Positions 25,161 through 35,992 of a stretch of 64,000 nucleotides of DNA are shown in pieces. Positions within the stretch are counted from its first letter, which is position 1. Each line of letters opens with the position of its first letter. The translations under genes were made by a program, and so were the position numbers. Origin of the DNA: Escherichia phage GoldenSnicker; the sequence record OR896832.1; one strand, written 5' to 3'. Below the pieces are notes generated by a model. That model was given only the letters and a program-made list of their open reading frames with translations, ran no database searches and was not told the origin of the DNA.

Positions 25161-26108
25161 TTAGAACTCACCAATTTTCTGTAACATTTTAACTAACGCA
25201 TTTGTTACAAAATAGTTATAAATTTTACCGCGTGGTGCTGGTTTAGATTTTTCCCATGCTAACAAAATTTCATATTCGATGTTATCAGGAATAAATTCAA
25301 AATCAATAAGTTCGCGGTTTTCGTCAAAGCGTCGTGCTTCTTCCTCTGTCATCAAAGACTTTGGATCTTCGGCATCGAAAATTTGCTCTAACCATTTGGT
25401 TGCAATTGGTTTAGCTCGTTCTCCTTCCAGTCGTGAGATAATGAAATCACTACGGCACTTGATAGAAGCTACACCGTCTTTTGCGTCACCCTTAACACAT
25501 TTTACCATAAGGTCTTTGTAAGGGCTACCATATTTGCATTTCTTCCACGCTTTCTGTACTGGCGACCACTGTTTCACGTTTTTGTATTTGTGCAACTGTG
25601 TGTAGTCACCATCGCCTGAGTTGATCAGCACCTGGCGACCTTCGACAGAAAACTTTTTAGTTAACACAGCGATTATATCATCCGCTTCAACTTTGTCAAC
25701 CTTAATAACGTGATAAGGCATGTTCTCTTTAAACTCTTCGGTGATCTTATTGATCGCAGCAAAGATCATCTCCCAATCACGCGGATCTGCGTCTCGTTTT
25801 TCCTTACGGTTGCGTTTATAGTAAGGGGCGATATCACGTCGCCAGTAACCTTTACTTGAATCAAAGGCAAGTACCGTAATTGGGTATTGCTCTTTGAATT
25901 TTGTCATATTATAACGCATGGTGTCAAGAATAAGATGACGAATCATGCCTTCATTAATAGGATCTTCCGGTTTAAAGGTATGCGAGATAGTAGCAATCAT
26001 AAGCTGCGACATATCAATCAAATGCACACCTTCCGGCAGTTTATCTTCTGGATCATCGAAGAAATCATTAAGTGTAGCGGTAGTTTTTGTAAACGGGTTA
26101 TACGTCAT
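25161..26108 (-). CDS. rnh: RNase H / 5'-3' flap exonuclease
   Basis: close match to T4 RNase H (KGYWRRD, YYKRNR, DKVEADDIIAVL, NSGDGDYTQLHKY, NVKQWSP, PRGKIY). Confidence 0.9.
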   Translation of the reverse strand: MTYNPFTKTTATLNDFFDDPEDKLPEGVHLIDMSQLMIATISHTFKPEDPINEGMIRHLILDTMRYNMTKFKEQYPITVLAFDSSKGYWRRDIAPYYKRNRKEKRDADPRDWEMIFAAINKITEEFKENMPYHVIKVDKVEADDIIAVLTKKFSVEGRQVLINSGDGDYTQLHKYKNVKQWSPVQKAWKKCKYGSPYKDLMVKCVKGDAKDGVASIKCRSDFIISRLEGERAKPIATKWLEQIFDAEDPKSLMTEEEARRFDENRELIDFEFIPDNIEYEILLAWEKSKPAPRGKIYNYFVTNALVKMLQKIGEF

Positions 26109-26110
26109 AA

Positions 26111-26296
26111 TTAAGTTCTCTCCACTCTCACAACAACATATTCGCCAAACGAGTTAGATACTTCACGATCATACCCGTATTTCTCCATAACTCGCAGAAT
26201 TGCATTGTTTAATTCGGCACGGAAATAATTGTAATCCTTATCAGGGATTCTGTCAACTACCCATTTTGCACCTTCTGACAAATCAACTTTAACCAT
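26111..26296 (-). CDS. hypothetical small protein
   Basis: 61-aa ORF abutting the rnh start. Confidence 0.35.
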   Translation of the reverse strand: MVKVDLSEGAKWVVDRIPDKDYNYFRAELNNAILRVMEKYGYDREVSNSFGEYVVVRVERT

Positions 26297-26324
26297 AATA
26301 TATCATCCTCTTTTGTTTCTATCA

Positions 26325-26332
26325 AGCCTTAT
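26325..26332 (+). promoter_or_regulatory. T4-type late promoter
   Basis: exact TATAAATA followed by AAGGAGA SD and ATG of gene 34. Confidence 0.65.
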
Positions 26333-26370
26333 TTTATAAATATGAACATACTATAAAAGGAGACCCAATA

Positions 26371-29300
26371 ATGGCAGATTTTTCTCAACATTTCAAGGCC
26401 ACATTTGGCTTTGACGCTGGTAATGAAAAGGTCGTCAATGTAGCATTGGCTGATAAGAATGTCAACACCGATGCGGTCAACGTTGAATTTTTCAATTACC
26501 ATAATGGTATTACTCAGTATGACACAACTCGCGGTTATGATCAATACGGAACTACAATCTATCAAAACCGTCCGTATTATGCAAAAGAAGATATCACAAA
26601 GCCAGCAGGTGATTTTGACCCGACTAAATGGCAAGCACTGCGCACGGACCCACGTTGGGATTATATTGCAGCAACTTCCGGTGATACTCCTTTAAAGTCT
26701 GGTGATTATATCGCAGCAGATGGTCAATTTGCAAACTTGACTTTCTCTATGCCAACTAAACCAGCAGAGGGAGACACTATAACAGTAAAAGATATCGGTG
26801 GCAAGTGTGGTGTTAACGAATTATCGTTCTTGAGTACAGGACATGAGTTTTACCATAATGGTAATGTATATAACAGAAAATGGTATTGCACTACCCCGTA
26901 TGCAATGAACTATTTCATCTTTGTTCGGAATCGTTGGCATGTTTATCAGACAGGAACAGAGCCACGCGGTGTGTACGCACAGCCAGCGATTGATGCTATT
27001 CAAATGCAGAATGGTGATCAGGTATTTCGTCGTAGTTCGTTGGGTAATATTACCTTAGTGCTTCCTAAGTTTGCCAACAATGGCGACATGATCCAGACTA
27101 CAGACCTTGACGGATTAACCGCAACCAACCACGTTACGGTTAAAGTTCATGAGCACGCAGAAGAACAATCAATTGGCACGTCCGGTCTAAAAGAGATTAT
27201 CGGTAAGCGTAGCGGTCATGGTGTATTCATCTTTGACAAGACGGAAAACTTATGGCGTTTGTGGGATGGTGATCAGTCTGTTCGTCTTAAACCGATCATC
27301 AATGACACTCGCTTGCAACCTAATAGCTATGTTGCTGTATTTGGTGGTCGTGATGTTACTCTGACGCTGCCGACCAATGTCGAGCTGGGTGATCGTATTC
27401 AAGTTTCTATGCAGTATATGCACGGAAACCAGACTTGCCGAATCATTACCTCAGAAGAGGATACAAAAATCCTTATGCAGAAAAACATGGTTCAGTTTCC
27501 TAAGCGTAGCGAGTACCCATTCAATGGGACCGATACATGGACTGGAGTGTCTGAATTGTCTTTCAACGCTGCAAATGATTATGTACCTTATCTGGAGTTC
27601 TCTTATTCAGAAGGTGATGATGGTAAGAAATACTGGTTGGTGGCACATGCTCACCCGATTGTAGAACGAGTAGATCCGACTCGTAAAGATCGTGTTGGTG
27701 TAATTGCACTGGCTACCCAGACTGAAACGAATAAAAACCATGAAGAGAATCCTAGCGACGAAGTTGCTGTAACACCAAAAATGCTGGCTAATAAAACAGC
27801 CAACGAAACTCGACGCGGTATTGCTCGCATTGCGACTCAAGCGGAAACGCATCAAGATACTGGTTCCAACTTCCTGGATGATGTTATCGTTACACCCAAA
27901 AAGTTAAATGACTGTGTTGCTACCGAAGCCCGTCGTGGTGTGATGGAAATTGCAACCCAGCACGAAACCAATGAAGGTTTAGACGATACCCGCGCTATTA
28001 CTCCTAAGAAATTAGAAGAACGTCGCGCTTCCGAAGATCTAGCTGGTATTGCTGAAATTGTTCAGGCTGGCGGTAGTGCTGCCGCTCGACGTGGCGAAGC
28101 TGGTACAGGGATCTATAACATCAACGACCATGCTAAAATTGTTACGCCACAAAACATCAACGAAGTCAAGGCGACCGAAACTTCCCGTGGTGTTGGCTAT
28201 CTGGCAACTGACGCGGAAGTGCAAGGGGCTACAGAATCAACCCCGCAAGATGCTTTACTAATCACGACTCGCACGCTAACGAAACGTACTGCTACCGAAT
28301 CTCGCACTGGTATCGCTGAAATTGCAACTCAGGAAGAAACAAACTTAGGTCAAAGTGATAACCATATCATCACGCCTAAAAAGCTGCATACTCGCCGCGC
28401 AACGGAAACTTTACACGGTTTAGCAGAAATTGCAACTCAGTCGGAATTTGACGCAGGTCTTGACGATGCTCGCATTTCTACCCCATTGAAGATTAAAACC
28501 TTCTTTGAGAATGCACAGCGTTTGAAAGTAGATCCGACTCAGGGGCTTAACCTTACTGGTGATTTGTGGCAAGGTATCATGATCAGCGGTCTGGATGCAA
28601 CCGAAGACACAAAAGGTGTCTCTAAAGTTGCTACTACTCAGCTTACGGATGCTGGTCAAGATGATACTACAATCATCACGCCTAAAAAGCTGCAAGGCAA
28701 AAAAGCCACCGAAGGTAAAGAAGGTATTATCCGCGTTGGTACTCAAGCCGAAACCGTGGCTGGTACACTGGCTAATGTAGCAATTTCTCCGAAGAACTTC
28801 AAATATGTTGTTCAGACAGAGGATACATGGAAAGCAACCGAAGCGCGTCGTGGATTCTTGAAAGTTGCTACTCAGGAAAACTGTTTTGTTGGTGATAATC
28901 TGCAAGGTTCTACTCAAGAACTAGGAAACTACCAGCATGACGGAATTGCTGTTACCCCTAAAGGATTAAACTACGCACTTGCTAATTTCTTACCTAAGAT
29001 GGCAACCGCTCAGAATAGTTTGAAATTGGGTAACGTAGAGGCCGCTAAATGGGCGCGTAGAGACATTGACCAGACCATAGAGAGCAATTACACGTTTAAT
29101 AAAAACGTTAACGTGAAGGGCGATTTAGAGTGCTTAAAATCAGGTTCCTTTGAAACTCTGTCTGTGACTAAGAACTCGACCGATGTTCCGAGTAATGGTC
29201 ATCTGGTGTTGGGTGAGCGTGGAGTTGACGGTCACACCGGAATTACTCTGCATGGCACAACCGCATCGGAAGGCATGAAAAACTCGTGGTCTATTATCGT

Positions 29301-30111
29301 TGGTGGTACTGGAACAGCGCAAGTTGTTGATAGTGATGCTATCGCTTTCGGTAAAATCAATGATGGTGGAGTCGTTGAGCATTACGCCTTTGCTATGAAA
29401 CACAATGGCGACGCGACAGCATATAGAGACTTTATTGCAGGTCGTAACCTGTATGCGAAACAAGGCGGTTTATACATTGTTGACCAGTCTAATCCGGCAA
29501 TGACTCGTTCCCCAGATGGTATGCTGAATATCGGTCACGGTGGAAGTGTTAACATCAAGGCAGGTCATCAAACGTTAACTACAGAGATCGCCGGACAGAA
29601 ATATCAGATCGTACACGCAGGAAACGCTGACGAAGTTCTTAACCGTCAGTTTGTTAAGAATGCTGGCGATACAATGGTCGGTAAGCTGACTATGGATAAT
29701 GCGCCTATTGTTTCTGTTAAGCATGAAGCTAGCGCGGCAACCGCTCCGGCAATCGGTAACATCGGTTTCTGGAATATGCGAGTTACTACCCAGAACATCA
29801 AAGAAACTTATCCAGAGAAGAAAAACGGTACTCTGATGCAATGGGGTACTGACGCGGACGGGCTTACCCAGCTTTGGTCCCCTGATGGTACTCATAAACA
29901 TTATATCCGTTCCGGTACTGGTGGTCAATGGACCGCATGGGGTGAAATTTACACCAAACAGAATAAGCCTACCGCTCAGGAAATCGGGGCAGTAGTTGCA
30001 GAAGGTGGTTTAATGAACTCTATGACGGTTCGTGATTGGATCAAAGTTGGTAATGTTAAAATCATCGCCAATAATCTGACTCGTACCGTAGACTTTATCT
30101 GGGAAGACTAA
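26371..30111 (+). CDS. 34: long tail fibre proximal subunit
   Basis: 1246 aa; MAD N-terminus shared with 36/37; about ten internal TE.RRG.A.IATQ.E...ITPKKL repeats; position after rnh. Confidence 0.85.
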   Translation: MADFSQHFKATFGFDAGNEKVVNVALADKNVNTDAVNVEFFNYHNGITQYDTTRGYDQYGTTIYQNRPYYAKEDITKPAGDFDPTKWQALRTDPRWDYIAATSGDTPLKSGDYIAADGQFANLTFSMPTKPAEGDTITVKDIGGKCGVNELSFLSTGHEFYHNGNVYNRKWYCTTPYAMNYFIFVRNRWHVYQTGTEPRGVYAQPAIDAIQMQNGDQVFRRSSLGNITLVLPKFANNGDMIQTTDLDGLTATNHVTVKVHEHAEEQSIGTSGLKEIIGKRSGHGVFIFDKTENLWRLWDGDQSVRLKPIINDTRLQPNSYVAVFGGRDVTLTLPTNVELGDRIQVSMQYMHGNQTCRIITSEEDTKILMQKNMVQFPKRSEYPFNGTDTWTGVSELSFNAANDYVPYLEFSYSEGDDGKKYWLVAHAHPIVERVDPTRKDRVGVIALATQTETNKNHEENPSDEVAVTPKMLANKTANETRRGIARIATQAETHQDTGSNFLDDVIVTPKKLNDCVATEARRGVMEIATQHETNEGLDDTRAITPKKLEERRASEDLAGIAEIVQAGGSAAARRGEAGTGIYNINDHAKIVTPQNINEVKATETSRGVGYLATDAEVQGATESTPQDALLITTRTLTKRTATESRTGIAEIATQEETNLGQSDNHIITPKKLHTRRATETLHGLAEIATQSEFDAGLDDARISTPLKIKTFFENAQRLKVDPTQGLNLTGDLWQGIMISGLDATEDTKGVSKVATTQLTDAGQDDTTIITPKKLQGKKATEGKEGIIRVGTQAETVAGTLANVAISPKNFKYVVQTEDTWKATEARRGFLKVATQENCFVGDNLQGSTQELGNYQHDGIAVTPKGLNYALANFLPKMATAQNSLKLGNVEAAKWARRDIDQTIESNYTFNKNVNVKGDLECLKSGSFETLSVTKNSTDVPSNGHLVLGERGVDGHTGITLHGTTASEGMKNSWSIIVGGTGTAQVVDSDAIAFGKINDGGVVEHYAFAMKHNGDATAYRDFIAGRNLYAKQGGLYIVDQSNPAMTRSPDGMLNIGHGGSVNIKAGHQTLTTEIAGQKYQIVHAGNADEVLNRQFVKNAGDTMVGKLTMDNAPIVSVKHEASAATAPAIGNIGFWNMRVTTQNIKETYPEKKNGTLMQWGTDADGLTQLWSPDGTHKHYIRSGTGGQWTAWGEIYTKQNKPTAQEIGAVVAEGGLMNSMTVRDWIKVGNVKIIANNLTRTVDFIWED
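27690..28975 (+). repeat. tandem ~40-codon coding repeats inside gene 34
   Basis: repeated peptide module ATExRRGxAEIATQxE...DDxxIITPKKL seen about ten times. Confidence 0.6.
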
Positions 30112-30116
30112 TTAAA

Positions 30117-30132
30117 GGGGGCGAAAGCCCCC
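30117..30132 (+). other. GNRA-tetraloop RNA hairpin GGGGGC-GAAA-GCCCCC
   Basis: perfect 6-bp GC stem with GAAA loop between genes 34 and 35; identical sense-strand hairpin at 18460-18475. Confidence 0.5.
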
Positions 30133-30144
30133 TATGGGGTTATT

Positions 30145-31284
30145 ATGACACAAGATATAGAATTACGCAACACTGGAATTAGGTTTGCGCATTTCGACGA
30201 AGACTCTGCGACATTTACCAGCATTTCAGAAAATAACTCTGTGATGTATAAGCTGGAAGTGCGCGGATCTAATGCGGATTCTACCAAACCAGCAAGGATT
30301 AGATTTAATGGAGTGGAGATCGTTGGCACTGGCTATGAAAATGGCCTAAATTTTAAAGTTCTTACTCCAACTGGACAACTACACGAAGAAAAGGTATTCT
30401 ATGGTCGCGGTGCTGTTTTGGCAATGCGTGATTATCTTTCTTTGCTGAAAGGTGACTATATCATTGCGATGGCAACGCATGGAGAGTTGTTTGCAGACCC
30501 GATAAGTGATGTTGTATTTTCTAAGATGGGATCTGTATCATTCCCGAATCACATTTTGCTACAGCAAATGCCTCGTGTATCCTATGCAGCAATTTATTCT
30601 ACTAAAATGGGTAAAATTGTGTGCGAAGGGATGCAAGCGTCCAACGGGGAAGGACAAGATTCATCTATACAAATTGAGAAGGTTTATGATACTATAGATG
30701 ATCTTGCTATAACAGGAACACCACAACGATTTTTAGATTATCCGGTTGAGTATGTTAGCGAAGATGCCGAACATTTCGAGCTAATACAATGGCCTCATGA
30801 TGAGACCAGCGCCCCACTTGAGGATTTTAACATAAAGGCAGGTGACAAACTATCAATATCCTTTGAATTGTTCCGTGATAGTGCCGCAGCCGCAGCCAAC
30901 GTAACAGCGCGTTTCTATCACAACTACTTCACCGATGGACAATATCAAACTGGTGTTCGATACAATGCCAGCAAAAAAGACCAATGGGAAAAGTTTGAAG
31001 CCGTCTATACCGTACCGGAAGGAGTTGATAGTGTAGTAACTGGTTGTATCAGATATCCAACCAACTCCAATGAAGGTATTGTTAAAATTAGAAACATACT
31101 AATAACGCCGATCAGTGGAGTCGTCAAAACTACTGGTCCTACTTCATTTGGTGTTAATGGTGTTAGAACAACTCATATTCAGGATAACGGTGATTTTACT
31201 AACCCTGTAATGAGTCTTCTTAAACTACCCAGAGATAATAAACACATCACATCCAACAACTTTAAAGAGTTCGATGTTGATTAA
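30145..31284 (+). CDS. 35: long tail fibre hinge protein
   Basis: ENNSVMYKLEVRGS, VSYAAIYST, RFYHNY, FGVNGVR resemble T4 gp35. Confidence 0.8.
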   Translation: MTQDIELRNTGIRFAHFDEDSATFTSISENNSVMYKLEVRGSNADSTKPARIRFNGVEIVGTGYENGLNFKVLTPTGQLHEEKVFYGRGAVLAMRDYLSLLKGDYIIAMATHGELFADPISDVVFSKMGSVSFPNHILLQQMPRVSYAAIYSTKMGKIVCEGMQASNGEGQDSSIQIEKVYDTIDDLAITGTPQRFLDYPVEYVSEDAEHFELIQWPHDETSAPLEDFNIKAGDKLSISFELFRDSAAAAANVTARFYHNYFTDGQYQTGVRYNASKKDQWEKFEAVYTVPEGVDSVVTGCIRYPTNSNEGIVKIRNILITPISGVVKTTGPTSFGVNGVRTTHIQDNGDFTNPVMSLLKLPRDNKHITSNNFKEFDVD

Positions 31285-31290
31285 CATTTT

Positions 31291-31315
31291 TAACAAGCCG
31301 ATCCATGTGGTCGGC
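31291..31315 (+). terminator. rho-independent terminator
   Basis: hairpin gccga-tccatgtgg-tcggc followed by TTTATTTTT after gene 35. Confidence 0.6.
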
Positions 31316-31445
31316 TTTATTTTTATACAGTTGGTTAAATTGTAACCAAAACGAAGAAAGATCTTTAGAATAATAGAAAATTTGTTTCGGTTAAAAATTA
31401 GTCAGTGCCTACGGCACGTCGCGAAGCGATATTTTGTTAACATTC

Positions 31446-31453
31446 TATAAATA
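31446..31453 (+). promoter_or_regulatory. T4-type late promoter
   Basis: exact TATAAATA about 33 nt upstream of the gene 36 ATG. Confidence 0.65.
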
Positions 31454-31486
31454 CTCGGAACTATAACTAATTTTTGAGGTTACTTT

Positions 31487-32977
31487 ATGGCAGATTTGAA
31501 ATATGGATCTACTGTAGGCGGATCTCCCATTTGGACGCAAGGAAACTTGACGATCCAGCCAGCGGGGGATCAGCTTTTCTACAAAGGTCATAAAATCTAT
31601 ACCGCTTTTGATAGACCTTCGGCTACCGATTTTGATGCTGTTAGCGCATCCGAAGGTGGCACATTTCAAAAGCAAGTTCATTTCGAGGAAGGTTTAAGCG
31701 TAGGTAGCGCATCGGCTGGAGAAACCAAAAAGAATGGTATCTTTAAAGGTCAGAGCGACGCTGCTAATTTTGACGGCGTAAGCTGGGGTTTGCATTCATG
31801 GAAGTCAATAGGCTTTGTTAATGCCCGTGATGGCGTTATTATGGCGTATATTGACACCACAACGGGCGAATTTAAGTCTAAAGGGACTATCGAAGGGACA
31901 ACCATTAAAGACACAGGTCAACGCGTCTATAGCCCTGTTAATAAACCAACGAATAATGATTTAGATTTGGTGTCTCGTCGCGGTGATACTCTCACAGGAA
32001 CATATAATTTAAACACTGTCACTGTTAAACTATCGGTTGATTCGAAATTAATTGCAAGGGAACGTGATTTAATTAATTTTGATGCGACTAAGATCTATTA
32101 TGGTAACGTTCTTGATACGTTGGTCTTCCGAAGTAAAGATGAGCCTACCATTTTTGTTAATGGCAGAGAAGGTCGTTTTTATCACACCAACAATAAACCA
32201 ACTAAAGCCGATGTTGGACTAGGTAATGTCACCAATGATGCGCAGGTTAAACGTGCTGGTGATATTATGGAAGGTAACTTGCAAGCGCCTAGAATGTTGG
32301 CGACAAACGATCCTGCTGGTCCTAATGAATTGGTTCGTTTGAGCTACTTTGAGAGAAAATCAATGGTAGCAAATCCAACCATCATTGGAAACGTTGATTG
32401 GAACACTCTTATTAATCGCGGTATCTATCGTGTGGAAAATGCTGGGTCGGGTACTAATAAACCGTCTGATAGCTATTATAACGGCGTTTTGATGGTATAT
32501 CGCCCAGAAGATGCGGTCGGTACTCGTCGAATTGTTCAGGTGTATTATCCTGAATCTATTGACCATCCGATGTGCTGGCGTTCGTGTTCTAATGAATCAT
32601 GGACTGCATGGAACTATGTAGATCACCGTAAATTGGCTGATATTCGCTATGTTAACGTAACTGGCGATACCATGACAGGACCGTTAACTGTTCCGGCTGC
32701 AAATGGCGTTAGAACAGCTAAAACTAACTATAACGGGGATAACTGTTATGCGGCGTTAAGCGGTGCTGATGGTACTGCTATGATTCACCGCATTAGTGAT
32801 ATTAAAGGGACCGAAAAGCTGGGGATCACCCACGACTCAAAGGTCGTGTTTTTCCGTTCTAGAAACAATACTCAAACCGTGGACCGCTATCAGCTTTATC
32901 ATGAAGGTAATAAACCTACTCCGGCTGATGTTGGCGCGGTTCCACTTAATGCGGTGATTGATTTTGGTACTTTCTAA
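31487..32977 (+). CDS. 36: long tail fibre distal connector
   Basis: N-terminus MADLKYGSTVGGSPIWTQGN matches T4 gp36; 496 aa versus 221 in T4, with repeated NKPTxADVG and GDTMTGxL modules. Confidence 0.8.
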   Translation: MADLKYGSTVGGSPIWTQGNLTIQPAGDQLFYKGHKIYTAFDRPSATDFDAVSASEGGTFQKQVHFEEGLSVGSASAGETKKNGIFKGQSDAANFDGVSWGLHSWKSIGFVNARDGVIMAYIDTTTGEFKSKGTIEGTTIKDTGQRVYSPVNKPTNNDLDLVSRRGDTLTGTYNLNTVTVKLSVDSKLIARERDLINFDATKIYYGNVLDTLVFRSKDEPTIFVNGREGRFYHTNNKPTKADVGLGNVTNDAQVKRAGDIMEGNLQAPRMLATNDPAGPNELVRLSYFERKSMVANPTIIGNVDWNTLINRGIYRVENAGSGTNKPSDSYYNGVLMVYRPEDAVGTRRIVQVYYPESIDHPMCWRSCSNESWTAWNYVDHRKLADIRYVNVTGDTMTGPLTVPAANGVRTAKTNYNGDNCYAALSGADGTAMIHRISDIKGTEKLGITHDSKVVFFRSRNNTQTVDRYQLYHEGNKPTPADVGAVPLNAVIDFGTF

Positions 32978-32982
32978 TTTTA

Positions 32983-33004
32983 GCGGGGATTATCTCCCCG
33001 CTTT
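32983..33004 (+). terminator. rho-independent terminator (weak)
   Basis: hairpin gcgggga-ttat-ctccccgc followed by TTTTC after gene 36. Confidence 0.45.
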
Positions 33005-33047
33005 TCTAAATAATATTATTCTAATAACCGTTTAAGGATTTTATAAA

Positions 33048-35951
33048 ATGGCAGATTTAAGCAGAATCCAATTTAAACGTACTAGCACTAAAGGCCGTCG
33101 ACCTGATGCTGGTACGATGAATCCGGGGGAATTGGCAATCAACCTTGCGGATCAATATCTTCTTACTAAAAATGATTCCGGTGCTATTATCAATTTAAGT
33201 TGTCCTCCGGTTTATGACAGCGATGTTACAATGGCGGGTAAGGTTAAAGGAAATAATTATATTTTAAGTAAAACCGCTAATTATTTTGAAGACCAAACCG
33301 CGCGAGATCTTAATTATTTTGGTGCGTTTCGACCGAATAATGCTGATGGTTGGTCTAACTTGATTCTGAACATTCCTCATCCCAGCGGTAAAGCACACGG
33401 TCGCGGGTTTGAATTTGAATATGGTTCTAGTTCCTCTCAGGTTAAAACCTATGGCTTTGATAAGGATGGTAACAAGAGATTCAGCTTTCGCATGTATCAC
33501 GAAGGTGATAAACCTACTCCCTCAGAATTGAACGTCTATAGCAAACAAGAAATTGACCGTATGTTTGTTAAGAACGTTAAAATGTCCACTCCTTCCGGTG
33601 AAGCAACCCGTGGTTATTTTAAAATTGCATCCGCAATGATCCCGCAGAGTGGTCGGATGGCGTTTCTGCGAATCTATGGTGGGAACGGATTTAATGTTAA
33701 CTCCTACGATCAGGTGGATTTCCTTGAAATTGTGATTCGTAGTGGTAATAATAACCCTAAAGGCGTTAGTATTGCTGCATATCGTCGAAATTCTTTGAAC
33801 GTCCATGAAGTATTTGCAATTAATACTTCCGGTGATAACTATGACATTTATGTTAACTATGGTCGCTTCACCGATAACGTTATTGTAGAGTTTGGAAAAA
33901 CTGTTGATGTTGCATTGACTGTTCACGATGTTCCTGAATTTTCGGCGACTAAACCAGAAACCGGAACTAAATTTGATGCTCGTGTTATTACCATGTTCAA
34001 CACCGAAAACAAAGCAGGAACGTTGATGTTTGATAATAACTCACAAGCAACCTATGATATTGTGAGCCTTAGCAATGCACCTGATAATAGCCGAAATTAT
34101 CTGCGTAAATTCCGTAGCAAAGCGAATGAAACAATATGGCATGAAACTGTTCAAGGTGATGTGTATCGTTTGGCTACTGGTTCCACCGACCAAAAAGAAG
34201 TATTAAAAATTGTTGGTAGTGATGGTTTATTTGTCAATAGACTTCATCTGCAAGGCAATAACGCGATTCGTATGTGGCGTCCTACTGGTTGTAGTAACTA
34301 TTTTGAATATATGGATCAGCGAGACGGGGCTAATAAACGTCAAGGGTGGTTTGGTTTTGGTTCTACAGAAACCAACGATTTTCAATGGTATAGTGACGAA
34401 GGTAAAAACTTTGTTAAGCTAGAAGCAAGTGGTCAAGTATCTTTAAGCGCAGGTGCAACCAAAATTGTATACACTAATGGTCAATATGTAGCTGCCAATT
34501 CTGATGCATACCGTATGATCTTTGGTAATTATGGTGCATTCTGGCGTAATGACGGCACTAAAGTTTATCTTATGTCTACTGCCGAAAATGATAGATTTGG
34601 TGGCTGGAATGCCTATCGTCCATTCATTTATGATTTAACTTCCGGTAACGTTCAATTAGGCGGTGATGGTAACGAAGATGCATTAACGTTAGAAAGTGCT
34701 TCTCGTGCCGCTCGCTTTAGTAATGACGTTTACATTAAGAAAGGGCTTTTGACTTTCGACGCTGGACGATTAGGATCTCGTGATTTCTTTAAAATCAACC
34801 ATTGGGGTGATAGCAATAACGCCCGTGATAACATTTTGCAGTTTGAAGACAGTCAGGGCGCACATTTTACCACTGAACGTGCTATGGGTACTGGTAACAT
34901 AACAGCACGTTTTAAAGGCTTTGTTCGTGTAGAATCTGGCGAAATTGCATTTGATGCTAATCGGGGGTCGCAGTCTCAATTTACCTTACACACATGGGGT
35001 AACGAGCAACGCAAACAGGTTTTTGAATGTAAGGATGCTACAAGTTATCACTGGTATACTGAACGTACTCAGGGTGGCACTGGACCTATTCTGTTCTGTA
35101 TGGCTGGTAGTCTAAACGTTGGTAGCAATATCACAACAACTGGTGCTGATATTACGTTTAAACGCGCTGGCAATAAGCACATCTGGTTTAGAGATCCAGA
35201 CGGTTTAGAGTTGGGCTTGATGTATTGCGATGACGCTGGTGTTATTCGCTTCCGTGGTCAGAAACAAGCCCAGGCGTGGAAATTTGCAGATAAAATGATC
35301 CAGTTGGAATCTGGTACTGTATCTGGTGGCGGTAATGGCCTGATTCGTGGTGAAGTTGCTGGCGGTAGTTGGGCTAGCTGGCGTGACCGTGCTGCTGGCC
35401 TTATGGTTGGGTGTCCTCAATCAACCGATTCCGCTCATAACATCTGGAAAGCTACTCATTGGGGTAAATATCACATCGCAGCAATGGGTGTACACGTTCC
35501 TAGCGGTACTATCGGTAATGCTATAGCTCGCCTAAACGTTCATGACGCCAACTTTGAATTTAGCGCCTCCGGTGACATGTCGGCAGGGCGTAACGGTTCG
35601 TTTAACGATGTTTATATTCGTTCTGATACTCGCCTTAAAATCAATAAGGAAGAGTATAAGGAGAATGCCACCGATAAAGTTAATCGCTTGACGGTATACA
35701 CCTATGACAAGGTTAAATCTTTAACCGACCGTACTGTCATTGCTCATGAAGTTGGTATTATTGCTCAGGATCTTGAAAAAGAATTGCCGGAAGCCGTAAC
35801 AACTTCTAAGATCGGCGATCCTGATAAGCCAGAAGAGATCTTAACAATTTCTAACTCTGCTGTCAACGCTCTTTTAATTAAGGCGTTTCAGGAAATGAGC
35901 GAAGAACTTAAAGCCGTTAAAGCTGAACTAGCGGAACTTAAAAAGAATTAA
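33048..35951 (+). CDS. 37: long tail fibre distal subunit with C-terminal intramolecular chaperone domain
   Basis: N-terminus MADLSRIQFKRTSTKGRRPDAG...GELAINL matches T4 gp37; C-terminal ~110 aa begin with SDTRLK and end in a coiled-coil-like tail. Confidence 0.85.
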   Translation: MADLSRIQFKRTSTKGRRPDAGTMNPGELAINLADQYLLTKNDSGAIINLSCPPVYDSDVTMAGKVKGNNYILSKTANYFEDQTARDLNYFGAFRPNNADGWSNLILNIPHPSGKAHGRGFEFEYGSSSSQVKTYGFDKDGNKRFSFRMYHEGDKPTPSELNVYSKQEIDRMFVKNVKMSTPSGEATRGYFKIASAMIPQSGRMAFLRIYGGNGFNVNSYDQVDFLEIVIRSGNNNPKGVSIAAYRRNSLNVHEVFAINTSGDNYDIYVNYGRFTDNVIVEFGKTVDVALTVHDVPEFSATKPETGTKFDARVITMFNTENKAGTLMFDNNSQATYDIVSLSNAPDNSRNYLRKFRSKANETIWHETVQGDVYRLATGSTDQKEVLKIVGSDGLFVNRLHLQGNNAIRMWRPTGCSNYFEYMDQRDGANKRQGWFGFGSTETNDFQWYSDEGKNFVKLEASGQVSLSAGATKIVYTNGQYVAANSDAYRMIFGNYGAFWRNDGTKVYLMSTAENDRFGGWNAYRPFIYDLTSGNVQLGGDGNEDALTLESASRAARFSNDVYIKKGLLTFDAGRLGSRDFFKINHWGDSNNARDNILQFEDSQGAHFTTERAMGTGNITARFKGFVRVESGEIAFDANRGSQSQFTLHTWGNEQRKQVFECKDATSYHWYTERTQGGTGPILFCMAGSLNVGSNITTTGADITFKRAGNKHIWFRDPDGLELGLMYCDDAGVIRFRGQKQAQAWKFADKMIQLESGTVSGGGNGLIRGEVAGGSWASWRDRAAGLMVGCPQSTDSAHNIWKATHWGKYHIAAMGVHVPSGTIGNAIARLNVHDANFEFSASGDMSAGRNGSFNDVYIRSDTRLKINKEEYKENATDKVNRLTVYTYDKVKSLTDRTVIAHEVGIIAQDLEKELPEAVTTSKIGDPDKPEEILTISNSAVNALLIKAFQEMSEELKAVKAELAELKKN

Positions 35952-35992
35952 GGAAACTCCCAGGGAAGGGGAACTACTAAGGAGAAACGGCT

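Noticed and set aside
28420-28917. 165-aa minus-strand ORF inside gene 34 (and similar ones inside 34, 36, 37)
   Set aside because: Antisense to the tail fibre genes; no promoter or SD.
33041-33050. TATAAAAT upstream of gene 37 as a late promoter
   Set aside because: It overlaps the ATG and does not match TATAAATA; gene 37 is more likely transcribed from the promoter upstream of 36.
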